Shown: positions 1 to 12,794 of the stretch, piece by piece
Position numbering within the stretch: position 1 is the stretch's first letter
Layout: every line of letters starts with the position of its first letter
Source: Camelus ferus
Taxonomy: Eukaryota
DNA length: 64,000 nucleotides
Direction of reading: 5' to 3'
Assembly: GCF_009834535.1 (NCBI RefSeq)
Contig: NC_045696.1
Span: forward strand, 77,316,001-77,380,000
Program-made: the position numbers and the translations under genes
The notes under the pieces: model-generated
The model's database searches: none
What the model was told of the DNA's origin: nothing
The model's input: only the letters and a program-made list of their open reading frames with translations

Positions 1-1392
1 TAACATTTTGTGACTTGTACCAGCAGGGAGGTGAGATCTGGGGAAATATGAATTGTGCTTTGTTACTTTTGATTACAGCTTCCCAAGAGATCCTGTGTAT
101 CACTGATGGGCAATTATCAATCTATCAAAAGCAAATTATCTCAGGAAATGAGTAGCCCTGACTAATACTAGATACTGGTTAAGTATCCAAACTGAAATCT
201 GTTTTGGAATCAAACTACGAGGGAGGCTACTGATCCCTCTTAAATATGAAATTAATTACATCTAAACTAGAAGAAATTATAAAGTATCCACGATGGTAAT
301 AAAAATATCAGGTTTAACTTATTGGACATACATTAGGTGCCAAGTTTTAATTGGGGTGTTGTTTGTTTTTTTTAAACATACTCCTTTTTAATCTTAACAT
401 TTACCATTATGATGATTGTATTATCAGTGCTTTTGTCTAAGAAAATTAAAATTCAGTGAAATTATGTAAGTTTTTAAGGTGCACAGGGGAACTTAATGTT
501 ATACTTGTGACTGTGTTGAAAAGAAAGGATTTAAAAGGTTGAAAATAAATTACCAAAAGAAAACCTGGGGGGAAAAAAACATTACCAGGTAAGAAGGAAA
601 TAATAGAAGAACTAAAAATCATTGTGAATTAGTGATACCATTTTAAGAATGCAGAAATTAAGGGAAAAAATGAACACAAACATTTGCACACTTACTGATG
701 GAATATAATTGTATATTTTGTGATTTAAGACCATTGATATGCAAATCATAGCCACTTTGGATGCAAATCATAGCCACTAGCTACGTTCTTAAAGTAAGAT
801 GGTTTACTTTAATAAAAATTAATTTGTGTTTCAATTCCATGGGTCTTCAAATAGGTAAGCAATGCTATATGTCTACTTCACCTCTTGCTCATAATATGAT
901 TTTTAAATAGGCGTAAATAACATTCATTTCTTCAAATCAGCCAGAGCAGTAATCTTGCCTCTAGCATTAATTAATTGGTAGCTTGTAAAGTTGAGAGGCA
1001 CAATTTCATTTATGTAAATATTCTGTTTCAGTTACTCTAAGTTATAGACGAGTTGTGAGCAGCGTACTTACGAGAAGAAATCAAGATGCACTTTAATTAG
1101 TACATTCAGGTGTAGGTAGGCATAAAAATAACCTGAAAGGCATTTTGTATTTCGTATACTGTTTGAATTCATAATGTATTTTTGAGATGTTACTGCTACT
1201 GAGTCAATGTTCACTAAGACTTTATTGTTCATAATCACTAATTCTATTCTGAAGTCTTAAAAATATCATTGAATCCCTTATTTTGTGTGTATGTATTTTG
1301 CCTGGCCCACTGTGAGTGTGTTCTGGGTTCCTTAGGGTAACATATAAACTTGTGGTGTCAAGCGTGGATTTCTATCAAACACATGATACTAG

Positions 1393-1635
1393 TAATAATA
1401 TCTGACATTTATTGAGTGCTTACTATGACCTGGGCTTTTATCTTAAAGTACTTTATATGAATTAACTTTTTAAATCTTAAACACAATGAGGTGAAGTATT
1501 TAATACTACAATTACTCTCATTTAACAGGTCAGAAAACTGAGGCTAGTAGATGTTAAAGTAATTATCCAGGTCACATAACCTGTGAGCCCGATTTGGATG
1601 TTTGGATCCAGAACACAAGCCATTAAATACTTCAG
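1393..1635 (-). mobile_element. MIR SINE
   Basis: acatttattgagtgcttactatg...catttaacaggtcagaaaactgaggct...aggtcacata. Confidence 0.8.
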
Positions 1636-1744
1636 TGATATTAATTATGGTGAGAATTACAATAGCAGTAGCACCCACCACTTACGAGACAAGCACTGTG
1701 CTAGATGTGCTATATGGATTACCATCTCTTCATTAATTTACCAG

Positions 1745-2030
1745 GTCTCTTTATCTAAAGCCAGTTGACCATAGATGTGTGTGTCTATTTATGACTTTGT
1801 CATTTTTACTATTATACATGTTAATTTTTATACCTGTATCACACTTTAATACATACAGCAATTTTAGAGTAAGATTTGAAGTCAGGTAGTAACTCCCACA
1901 TTTCACCTTTTTTTTTTTTTTTTCAGATTTATTTTGTCGATTCTGGATTTTTTGCATTTCCATATAAGTTTACAAATCGGCTTTTTAATTTTTGAAATAA
2001 AAAATATTACTGAAATATTTAATCAGGTTG
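1745..2030 (-). mobile_element. Old L1 ORF2 fragment
   Basis: Antisense L1 ORF2 sequence homologous to 2490-2750. Confidence 0.6.
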
Positions 2031-2034
2031 TTTT

Positions 2035-5000
2035 TCTTACCGTTAAGGGTCATTTGTGTACTTTGAATAACAGTCCTTTATCAGATGTGTCCTTTGCAAA
2101 TAATTTCTCCCAGTCTGTGGCTTGTACTCTCATTCTCTAGATACTGTTTCACAAAGTAGAAGTTTTTAACTGTAATGAAATCTAGCTTATCAGTTATTTT
2201 TTTAATGGATCATGTCTTTGGTGTTAGAATTGAATATTTCTGAAATGGTTTCACCCCACTTAAGGTCATCTAGTTTTTCCCCTGTGTTATATAACTTCTA
2301 GGAATTTTAAAGTTTTGCATTTTACATTAAGGTCTGTGATCCAGTTTAAGGTAATTTTTGTGAAAGATGTAAGGTCTGTGTGGAGATTTATGTTTTTGCA
2401 AGTGGATGTCCAGGTGTTCCAGCACCATTTGTTGAAGAGACTCTCTCTGCTCCATTGTATTGCCTTTGCCCCTTTGTCAAAGAGCAGATGACTGTATTTA
2501 TGGGAGTCTGTTTCTGGCCTTTCCATTCTGTTCTGTTGATTTATTTATGTGTTCCTTCACCAATACCACAGTCTTGATTACTGTAGCTGTATGAGTCTTG
2601 AAGTTCAGTCGTGTCAGTTATACAAACTTGTGTCCTTCTATTTCAGTACTGTGTTGTTTATTCTGGGCCTTTTGCCTATCCACACTAATTTTAGAATCAG
2701 TTCATCAATGTCCATAAAATAATTTACTGAGACTTTGATTGGGATTGCATAGGTCCATCCATCAAGTTGGGAAGAAGAGACATCCTGACAATACTGAGTC
2801 TTTTGATTCATGATCATGGAATATCTCTCCATTAATTTAGTTATTTGATTTATTCATCAGAAATCTGTAGTTTTTGTCAAATAGATCATTTACATATTTT
2901 GTACATATTTTGTTAGATTGTTTGATTAGATTTATACACAAGTATTTCATTTTGGTGGGTGCTGATGTAAATGGTATTGTTTTTAATTTCAAACTCCACT
3001 TGTTCATTGTTGGTATAGAGGAAAGCAATAGATTTTTTGTATATTAACTTTATATCCAAAAACCTTGCTATAATCACTTATTAGTTCCAGGAGGGTTTTT
3101 TATTTTAATCAGTTCTTTAGGATTTTCTACATAGGTGATCATGACATACACAGTTTTATTTCTTTCTTCTCAATCTCTTTTCTTTTTCTTTCTCCTTCCT
3201 CTCCCTTCCCTTTCCTTTTCTTTCCTTTTGTATTAGCTGGTACTTCTAATACTGTGTTGAAAAGGGTCCTGATATGGGACATCTTTACTTTGTTCCTGAT
3301 CTTAGTGGGAAATCTTCATGTTTCTCACCATTAAAAATGATATTAGTGGTAGGTTTTTTTGTAGACAATCTTTATCAAATTAAGGAAGTTCTCTATTCCT
3401 GATTTCTCAGAAATTTTTTCATGAATGAATGTTTGATTTTGTCAGATGCTTTGTCTGCATCTATCGATATGATCACATAATTTTTCTTTTTTAGCTTGTT
3501 GATGTGATGGATTACTTATTTGATTTTTGAATATTAAAATGGCCCTGAATACTTGGGATAAATTACACTTGATCTTGGTATATAATTTCTTAATACTTTT
3601 TTGAATTTGATTTGCTAATATTTAGTTGAGATTTTTACATCTACAGTCCATGAGAGAGATCGGTCTATAGTTTTCTTTGCTGTAACATCTTTGTCTGGTT
3701 TTGATAGTAGGGTAATCTTGATCTCATAGAATAAGTTAGGAAGAACTCAATTTGCTTCTGTTCTCTGAAAAAGATTGTAGAGAATTAGTATAATGTATTT
3801 CTTAAATGTTTGGTAGAATTTATCATAGAACTCATCTGGGCTTGATGTTTTCTCTTTTGGAATGTTACTAATTTTTGATTAAACATGTATAATAGATATA
3901 GGCCTATTTAGGATCTCTACTTCTGTGCATTTTAGAAAATTTTGTCTTTCAAGAAGTTGGTCCATTTCAACTGAGTTACCAAATTTGTGGCCAAAGAGTT
4001 GTTCATAGTATTCCCTTATTATCCTTTTAAAGCCCAGAAGACCTATGGTGATGTCACTGCTTTCATTTCTGATATTAATAATTTGTGTGTATACTTTCTT
4101 TTTTCTAGTATGGCTAGAGGCTTAGCAATTTTATTAATCTTTTTAAACATCAGCTTTTAGTTTCATTGACTTTATCTATTGATTTCCTGTTTTGAATCTC
4201 ATTGATTTCTGCATTAATTCTTATTATTTCTTTTCTTCTGCTTAGTTTAATTTGCTCTTCTTTTTCTAGTTTCCTTAGGCAGGGACAGTAGATGATTCAT
4301 TTTAGATTTTTCTTCTGTTCTAATATATGTATTCAATGTTATAAATTTCTGTCTAACTACTGCTTTCCCTGCATCCCACAAATTTGGTAAGTTGTGTTTT
4401 CACTTTCATTTAGTTCAAAATATTGTCTAATTTCTCTTGATATTTCTTCTTTGACCTCTTATTTAGAAGTGTATTATTTAATTTCCACTATTTTGGGAGT
4501 AATCTTTCTGTCATTAATTTCTAATTTAGTTCCATTGTGGTCTAAGAGCTGGCATTGTATAATTTCTATTTTTAAAAACTTGTCCAGATGTGCTTTATCA
4601 CCCAGAACTACTGGTCTATCTTGAGGAATGTTTTATGCAGAGCTTGAGAATGAGTATTCTGCTCTTACTGGATGTAGTAGTCTATAGATGTCCAATATAT
4701 TCAGTTGATTGATGGTGTTGTTGAGTTCAACTATATCCTCGCTGATTTTCTGCCTTCCGGTTCTGTCCATTTCTGAGAGAGGCGTGTTGAAGTCTCCAGC
4801 CATAATAGTGGATTCAGTTATTTCTCCTTGTGGTTCTACTAGTTTCTGCCTCATGTAGTTGGACATTTTGTTGTTAGGCGTACATACATTGAAAGCTGTT
4901 TTGTTGTCTGTAGAACTGACTCCTTTATCATTGCTTAATAATCCTCTTTACCCCTAGTTACTTTCCTTGCTTTGAATTCTGCTGTCTGAAATTAATATAG

Positions 5001-6990
5001 CTACTTCTGCTTTATTTTTATTAGTCTTAGTATATCATATTTTCCTCCATCCCTTTACTTTTAATCTATATGTCTTTAAGTTTAAAGTGAGTTTCTTGTA
5101 GACAACGTATAATTGGGTCTTGTTTTATGACCCACTCTGTCTTTTAATTGGTGCATTTAGATCATTGAGTGTCAAAATGATTATTGATATCATTGAATCA
5201 ACATCTTCCTTATCTGTTACTTTTTGGGTAGTGTGAGTACCTTTAATAACAAAGTCATTTTTATTCATACCTCGTGTCTTTTGTATCATATACATATAAG
5301 CATATATAAATATGATATATATGTGCATATATGGCTGCTTTCAAAATATTCTCTTTATTACTGGTTTAAAGCAATTTAACTCCTACATGCCTTGGTGAAT
5401 TTTCTTCATGTTTTTGTATTTGAGTTTCATTGTGTTCTAAGATCTATACATTTATAGTTTTTAAGAAATTTGGGGAAAAATTTAGCCGTTATATCTAGAG
5501 AGATGTTTTCTGTCTTTCTCCTCTCCTTCAGGACTTAAGATTGTATATTTTGCTGTTCAGGTTGTTCCAGAATGCATTGATACTCTGTTCAGTTTTCCCC
5601 CATCTTTTTGTCATCTGTGTAATTTTTGAGTCAGTTTCAATTAGCTAAGTTCTACCTCCTTATCTTGCCATATTTTCCTGCCTCTTTGCATATCTGGCAA
5701 TTTTAGATGCACTAAAAGACATTGTGAATTTTGTTGTGTGCTAGAAATTTTTATATTCCTAAAAATATTCTTGAGCTTTATGCTGAGATGCTGTTTAGTT
5801 CACTGAAATCAGTTTGTTCCTTTCAGGTCTTTATTTTATGCTTTGTAGGTGAAACCAGAGCAGCATTTAGCCCAGTCTTAATTTTTTCCTAATACTGAGG
5901 CAGGACTCTTCCCAGGGTCTGTTTTTATAAATACAGTTTATTAAAACACAACCAAGCTTTGGGGTAAAAAAAAAAAAAAGTTAAAATGATAAATTTTATA
6001 TTATATATAGTTTATCAATGAAATTTTTTAAATGAAAAAAATTTGTAATGATGGATACACAACTCTGCAAATATAATAAAAATTATTGAATTATAAAAAA
6101 CTGTTTTTGATACTTCAAATTTCTTACAAAAAAATTGTCATTTTATAATGGAAAATATTGTAATTTTAAATACCATTTTAAATTTGTTTATTTCTACATT
6201 TAAATTGTGGATAATAATGCCTACGACATAGAGTTGATATGTGGATTAAAAGTGATAATGAACATAAAAGTTCTGTACAATCTACACTCATATGTTAGCT
6301 ATTATGATTACAGTATAAGCAAAGGAAGACAGTTGTATAAATGAAAAAAAAAATCTCCACCATGCCTATTCATTTATCTAGTTTCTCTGGCTGTTTTGTG
6401 CTACAGTGGCAGAGAGGAGTTGCTATAACAAAGACCATGTAGCCCACCAAACCTGGTCCTTTCAGAAAAAGCATGCTGATTGCTACCCTATAAATTATGA
6501 AGCTTCCACTCTGTCTTTTGGGAACAGGCATTATCTGAATTTGTATTTTTCTTCCTCTGGCCCCAGGAAGTTGTCTTACACACATGTGATGAATCAGCAC
6601 TAAAATGAATGTTGACGGGGTTCCGTCTGCAGTTCTCTTGAGTTCGAATTCTCTCTCTGTGCAGCCACTTTGTCATGTAAATCCTAGCCACCATGTTTTC
6701 CCCGGACTCCCATCTCTGTCTTCTTAACTCAGGAGGACCGGGGGAATCTGCTGGATTTCCCCCTCTCAGCACTGTGGCTTAGACTCTCCCCAGGCAGAGA
6801 GCTGGGGCCATCAGAGGGGTTACTTTGTCACACCCTGTCTCTCATGGATCTCTGTCCTCTGTTGCCTGGTGTTCAATATTCAGAGAGCCATTACTTTATA
6901 TATTACATATTTCGAATTTTTTTTCCTTTCATTGTTTCAAATGAAGGGGATAGTTCCTGTTATTTGATCTTATCTGCAAGTGGAATGGCA
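2035..6990 (-). mobile_element. Long degenerate L1 (L1MC/L1M4-like): ORF2, ORF1 remnant and 5' end
   Basis: ORF track shows the endonuclease (GDFNTPLSEMDR, 4633-4866) and ORF2 C-terminal region (LLFDKGAKAIQW..LFNKWCW, 2287-2526). L1M 5'-type sequence lies at 6500-6990. Confidence 0.92.
5915..6490 (+). mobile_element. MER58A-like hAT element split by a ~400-bp insertion
   Basis: tgtttttataaatacagtttattaaaacacaacc (5920-5955) continues at cattcatttatc..tggctgttttgtgctacagtggcagag (from 6366). Confidence 0.7.
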
Positions 6991-7279
6991 TGAATTTTTT
7001 TTCCCTGTAATTAAAGAGTCAATATGAAAGTCAGAGAAAAATATTTAATAATTTGGAAAGATGAAGGGGAGTTTGTATGCAAGTATCTTTGCCAGGTTTA
7101 ATTGAATGTAAAAAAAAACTTTATTTAAATATTAACATTGATGATGTCATATAACGTAAATTTTTTTAATGTGTAATTTTAATCCAATAATTGGACCACC
7201 TTTATACATTCCAACATAGATCATCTTTTTGTGTTTTAATAAATTATTTCTTTTATACTATTTTTGCCCTCCAGCCAGA

Positions 7280-7797
7280 GACCATTGAGAATACACTAAC
7301 AGCTGCGTAAATTTACCTTATTGCTCCTGAAAAGAAGGGAGAGGACCCACAATGGGAAAATATCTCAGGCTGTTTGAAAGGACTTACAGGATTTGAACTT
7401 GTGTCAGATGACTCTGCTGAAGATTCAAGAGAGAAAGGCTTTGCTCTAGATTGGGTTTGTCAGGAAGTGGGGACAATTCTATGACTGAGTTTCTAATAAA
7501 TTTCACTATAAGGCAGGAAGAATAAATTGAGGCTAGAATTGTGATTGGTAAAGAGGCAGCTCATGTTAGCCAGGATTGGGATGTTTGATCTCTCCTTGTG
7601 GTTTAGATAATGACTGTATTGTCTGTATTCAGCAATGACTATGGAATGATTGTGTCTTTGTCTTGATTCATCGACATCACAGAGCAGCCTTGTCTGATGC
7701 TGATGTTCTGGAAAAGTATATATGTTTGATAGGAGAAAATAGACATCTAGCTGTGAGTGCCAGGCCAACTCCTAGATGTCAGACGCTGTTTTTCTAA
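7280..7797 (-). mobile_element. Solo ERV LTR, family uncertain
   Basis: Contains ctagctgtgagtgccaggccaactcctagatgtcag, recalled from eutherian ERV LTRs. Confidence 0.55.
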
Positions 7798-7819
7798 CTC
7801 GTGGTCACTGAAATAAAGG

Positions 7820-8042
7820 GCAGCATGGTAGAGTGGCAAGAATCCTGCATTGGATATTCATAACATTTGGATTACCATCATTCTTCTTCTGTCATCTGTG
7901 TGTCCTTGGATACATAGACTAAAATTTCTGTGTCTTAGTGTTTAATTTACCTAAGGGCAAAATTTCTTGGTCTAACTCTTTGTAAAATTAAAGGCTTAGA
8001 TTTGACGTGTTCTAAAGTTGCTCCCAGTTTTTACATTCTGTA
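7820..8042 (+). mobile_element. MIR SINE
   Basis: ggcagcatggtagagtggcaaga...tgtgtccttgga...tctgtgtcttagt. Confidence 0.65.
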
Positions 8043-9679
8043 AATGAGAATTTTGCTTTAAAGCTGACAGAATTCCATTCTGAAATGTCAAATAAAATAA
8101 AATCATCAGGGAGTTTTATTTATTATTTCTTTAGCTATAAGCTTTATAGTAAGGATAAAAGGTCTCTATGCTCTGTTTATAGCTTCCTGAATCTCTAGGA
8201 ATAAGTCAGTGAGTAAAGCTGTCTCTTATTTCATCCTTTCCAACAATGCCAATAATACTTCTACTTTGTTGAGTGGCTCTGAAAATAATAAAATTCATTT
8301 TTTTTCCTTTTAATAGGAAAGATACTGTATTGCAAATAAATCTTTTCATTTCCTTTCCCTACCATCTCAAATCAATATATTTTATGAGAAATTTTTTATT
8401 TAGTGTTTTATGGCTGAGTTTATAAATAAGACAGAAAATGTTCAGAGATTTAGAATTATAGTCATCACTAGGATCTTTTTTATTTTTGTCTTTTACTTCT
8501 GTGTAACTACTCAGTGCTGGCACAGCCTAGAAATGAATCCTTCTGAAACACTTCACCCCTAGGTATCTAAAAGGAGAGTAAAATTTTGTTTGTTTGTGTT
8601 TGCTGGTTTTCCGTGAGGGTTCTGCTCTTCGTTGAAAGTCATCAGATCTCTCTTATCTCTTTCTTAATTTATTTTCTTATTTTGCCGTATTATGATGAGA
8701 AATACCGTGAATAGCCAACATGTCTTTACGTGTGTCAGAGTCTTCTTTCTCAGTACCTAGCCCAAGCTGCTAAGTCGAATTATGTTTCCTTTTACGTGTA
8801 TAAATCCCCTGTAAGTGGCTCAGTCAGTGACTGGAGCAAGTGCTGCCTGTCTGTCTGATGCGGATCTTTTGCAAGTTGACAGACGGCCCTGCTTCACCTG
8901 TCTGCTCCTAGGAGAATCATAGTCTAGAGGTACCCAGATATAGTGAGAGTTTGGCCGGTTCGCTACCCAATGACAATCTGCTTAGACTGATCTTGTTTTC
9001 TTTTAACTTATAAAGACTATCAAGAAGGGGTAAGAAGGTTCTGATGAAAGAAACACAAGGGCATGTGATAACTTGGCTACAAATATATTGGAGAAGGAAA
9101 TATAAAGATTAGTGTATGATTTTATTAAGTTTAAATATTTTACACTTTTCTCACCACCCCTGGCTTAACTGGCCTCTTTTTTAGAACAGGTTCGCAATAA
9201 AACATAGAAGGTCGATACAGGATGTGGTGGCATTTATCCTTTGAAATTTGTGGTTTGCTTCCTAGAAAAACCTTTCTGCTTTGTTTTTAGACTCAAATGT
9301 ATTATTAGCTCAGCAGTGATCTTGACATTACAGGGAATCATAATGCACGTGATGGTCCCTTCAAAGAGCTAACAATATAGCTAGAGATATGCTGTTAAAT
9401 ACAAAAAAGATCTAAAAACTAAGAATTTTCTAAAACGGAAACAATCATAGTGAGCAATATTGTATAATAATATATGAATTTTCTGAGATAGTTCCCACTT
9501 TTTGGAATTTTATTTTTTTCTTAAATTGATATATTACATGTAGAATTCAATGTCTATGTCATGGCAGTACTTTTGATAAAAATCTGAGGGAGCGACTGGC
9601 TTCTCCATTTTAGAATGTGGTTATATACACGTGCACACGCAGAAAGCCAGAGTTACAGATAAACACAGCCATGTATAAA

Positions 9680-9925
9680 TAATTTCAGAGAGAAGGTGCA
9701 AATTGAAGCAGAATTTAAAAGATGAGGATTAAAGTAAGAAGGAGAGAACACAGAGGTTTTGAGGGAGGAGAGCTAGATACATGAAGGCACAGAATTAGGA
9801 GACTTTGTCTTGAATACGGAGAATGGTGAAAAGACTGGCCTGGATGGAGCAGAGGTCTGTGGGGAGAAACAAGAAATTAAGTTGGCTGGCTGAAACAGGA
9901 CAAGTGTTTGGAGGGCCTTCAAAGC
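9680..9925 (+). mobile_element. L2 fragment
   Basis: Purine-rich L2-like text, gactggcctggatggagcagag. Confidence 0.5.
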
Positions 9926-11669
9926 TGAGTTTAGTTTTACAAGATAAATATTACATTGTCAGCACTGTTCCAGGATTAAAATATTTTTACTGTGAGGAGA
10001 GAATTTTTTCCTTAACTGTCATGGGAAATGTGGATCATACAAATTCAGAAGTATGAGCTGGGAGCCAGCGCAGCAAAGCAGACACAGGGCAAAGTTTTGA
10101 ATGTGAGAGTTTTTAGTTGAGGTTATCATGAAACATTTACTCTGAATTTTACCTTTCTCTTCTACAAAATCTAGGTTATAGCAATAATACCACTTTCTTA
10201 CAGTATAATGTTCAGATAAAAAAGATACATGTAAAACTACCTCATATAACAATAATAATATTTATTCTGCATTAGTTATTTATTTCTCAGTTAAAAACAC
10301 TATGGACTGATAAGGGCCTGGGCAGTGGAGGTGACATGCAAAAGAACTGCTTGGATCTGAAGAAATACAATTTTTCTTTTTCATGGTGTATAACTTACAG
10401 TTTTCCATTCTTTCAGAATTTTGCTCACGTAGAACTCCCTGCTGCACAGTAGCCTAGGGCGCTGCGGCTGTGGAAGCCCAGCTTGGAAGTCCAAAGCTAG
10501 GCCACTCTTTTGAACTGTGGTTTAGGGAGGCCTTAGATGTAATGGTAGGACGTGGTAGCCGAAAGACATGATGAAGAGACAAGCATCAAAACTAGCCCGT
10601 CTCTTACTTTGATTTTCAGAAGAATAATGCTGCTTTTGGGAAAAACAAACAAACAAACAAAAAAACGAACAAAAAACCATTGTAGGACAGAGAAGCAGTT
10701 TTTGCAATACAAGTGATGGAGTTCAATTTAGAATAAGACGTGCTCCATTTTGGCTGTATTGAAAGTTAGCCACTAGTGGGTCATCTGAGGGTGATCGGCA
10801 GTTCATTCCACATCCAGTCTTATTGTAAAACAGAGTGGGCTGGCCTGCACACAGATTTTGAAGGAAGAGGAAGAAGAAGAAAGTAAAGACAAGAAGGGAT
10901 ATGGAGAATTGTAAAGACAATAACCAAACAAGAAATGCAATCTTAAATACATTTTTGAAAAGAGGAAGTGGTCAGTGGAGTAAGGTAACAGAGTTCAAGA
11001 AGGATGAGTACACGCAGAGGTATTTTTTATTTGGTTAGAAAAAATTAATGTTACAAAAGCAAGTTAACTGCGTGAGAGAATTGAAGATTGGAGACTCACA
11101 GAAAAATCCAAGGAAATCAGTGAATAACATGAGAACGGGTCAAAGTACCGAAAAATTAGACCAGTAGTCTGAGGAAATAGGAAAATCTGTGTGGCAAGGA
11201 GGGGAACTTCTTATTAAAGTGTGTCTCGGTCGCATGTTTGTTGCAGGGAAGGGAAGAGTGGTTGAGGGTCTCAGGAAAAGCAAAGTTGGATACTTCACGG
11301 AGGAATTTGGAGAGGAAATAGGATCTCAGGAGCGATTCAACATCAGTTTGCATGAGATGAAGTCAAAAGCTATGATTCTTAGTCGAGAAGGAGCCCTGTC
11401 CCCTTAAAGGAAACATATTAGTATCTCAAAGCGGTTTTTTCAGCTCCCCATAGCCTCCCAAGTTTCTAGAATGTTCCTGAAAACAGAGTGCACTCCAATA
11501 GAAAAGCTACTTTATATAGTTTTTTAAAATGCTAATGGGAAAAATGTATTGCTTATGAAGCATGGAGAGAAATAAACAATTTTGAGTCCCCACTAGGAAG
11601 TTAATACGTTTAATATCTATGAGATCAAGTCAATGAACAGACATCAACATGGAAATTTTTGTTGCAGAA

Positions 11670-11890
11670 AGGCAATATGACAGTGAAAGAATTCAGAGAT
11701 TAGAAAGGCCTGAATTGAATTCTGGCTTTGCCATTTGGAGAGTATTCTGAAGTCCATTTATTTCTTCAGCCCTTAAAGGACTATGGATATCTGCCTTTAT
11801 AACAGGAGTTTTATGAGGATTTAGTAGGACAATATATGTCAAAATGCTTTATAAATGCTAAAGCACTGTACAAATTAAGTGTTAGAATTA
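11670..11890 (+). mobile_element. MIR SINE
   Basis: aggcctgaattgaattctggctttgccattt...aaaatgctttataaatgctaaagcactgtacaaat. Confidence 0.7.
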
Positions 11891-12224
11891 TATTTATTAG
11901 TATTATGATAGTTATCCTAGTTGATAGTAATGAAAGATTTGAGTCAAATTTGAAGACCTTGTTATTTAAAAATTTACCTGAAGAAGACACTAATAGATGG
12001 GACAATTAGAACTGAAATGAAGAGATTTGGAGAAGACACAGGATTATTGACCAGGAAGTTCTTTTTGTGACCAGGCAGCTGAGTTATCCTCCCTGCCCCT
12101 GAGCAGGAAGAAGAGAGCTGGCATTGATTTTAGAAGACGTTACAGTCTATAACTATTTTCAGGGAAGAGTCTAGTTTGCATTAGATCATGAACTAGAGAC
12201 ATAAGGAGTCAAGATCTAATAAGT

Positions 12225-12400
12225 GTGTCTATATTCTTTTACATATATTCCTATGTTTGATGTATTAAAATACTATGAATTAATACTGTTATTAGTCCCA
12301 TTTTACACGTGAGGAAACTGAGGGCAAAAATATTAAATAATGGCTCCAATTTGCCAAACAAATAGTATAAGTTCTCTTATTCCAGTCTAGTTTTCTTAGG
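12225..12400 (-). mobile_element. MIR SINE
   Basis: ttattagtcccattttacacgtgaggaaactgagg core. Confidence 0.7.
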
Positions 12401-12768
12401 GAAAAAAAAAAGCCTATGTTCTTTCCAAGGTTCCTCTTGAGCCTCAAATTTTAGATAAAATTCAGTTTACATGGATTTCACTTTTTTGTTGTTGTAACTT
12501 AGCTTGAAAATCTTCCTTTTGGTGACAACAGGTGAGAGCTCACTGAAGCCCTTTCTCTTGGAGGAGGCAAGTACCCTTCCTTTACTTCTTTCATTTGAGA
12601 AATGTGTGAAGCAAAGGTTGCAGTTGACTGAAATGCTACTGGAATTTGAAAACTTGACTTTTTCTTTTCTCCTCCTCCCTCTGCCTTCTCCTTCTTCTTT
12701 AGCTACTTGCTTCTTTTTGGGAATCTGCGTGCCAAAGACCCACTCACTGTCATTACTGTCCCCCACCA

Positions 12769-12794
12769 ACACACACACACACACACACACACAT
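12769..12794. repeat. (CA)n microsatellite
   Basis: Seen directly. Confidence 0.95.

Noticed and set aside
2287..5328. ORFs resembling endonuclease/RT proteins
   Set aside because: They are fragments of a dead L1 ORF2, not host genes.
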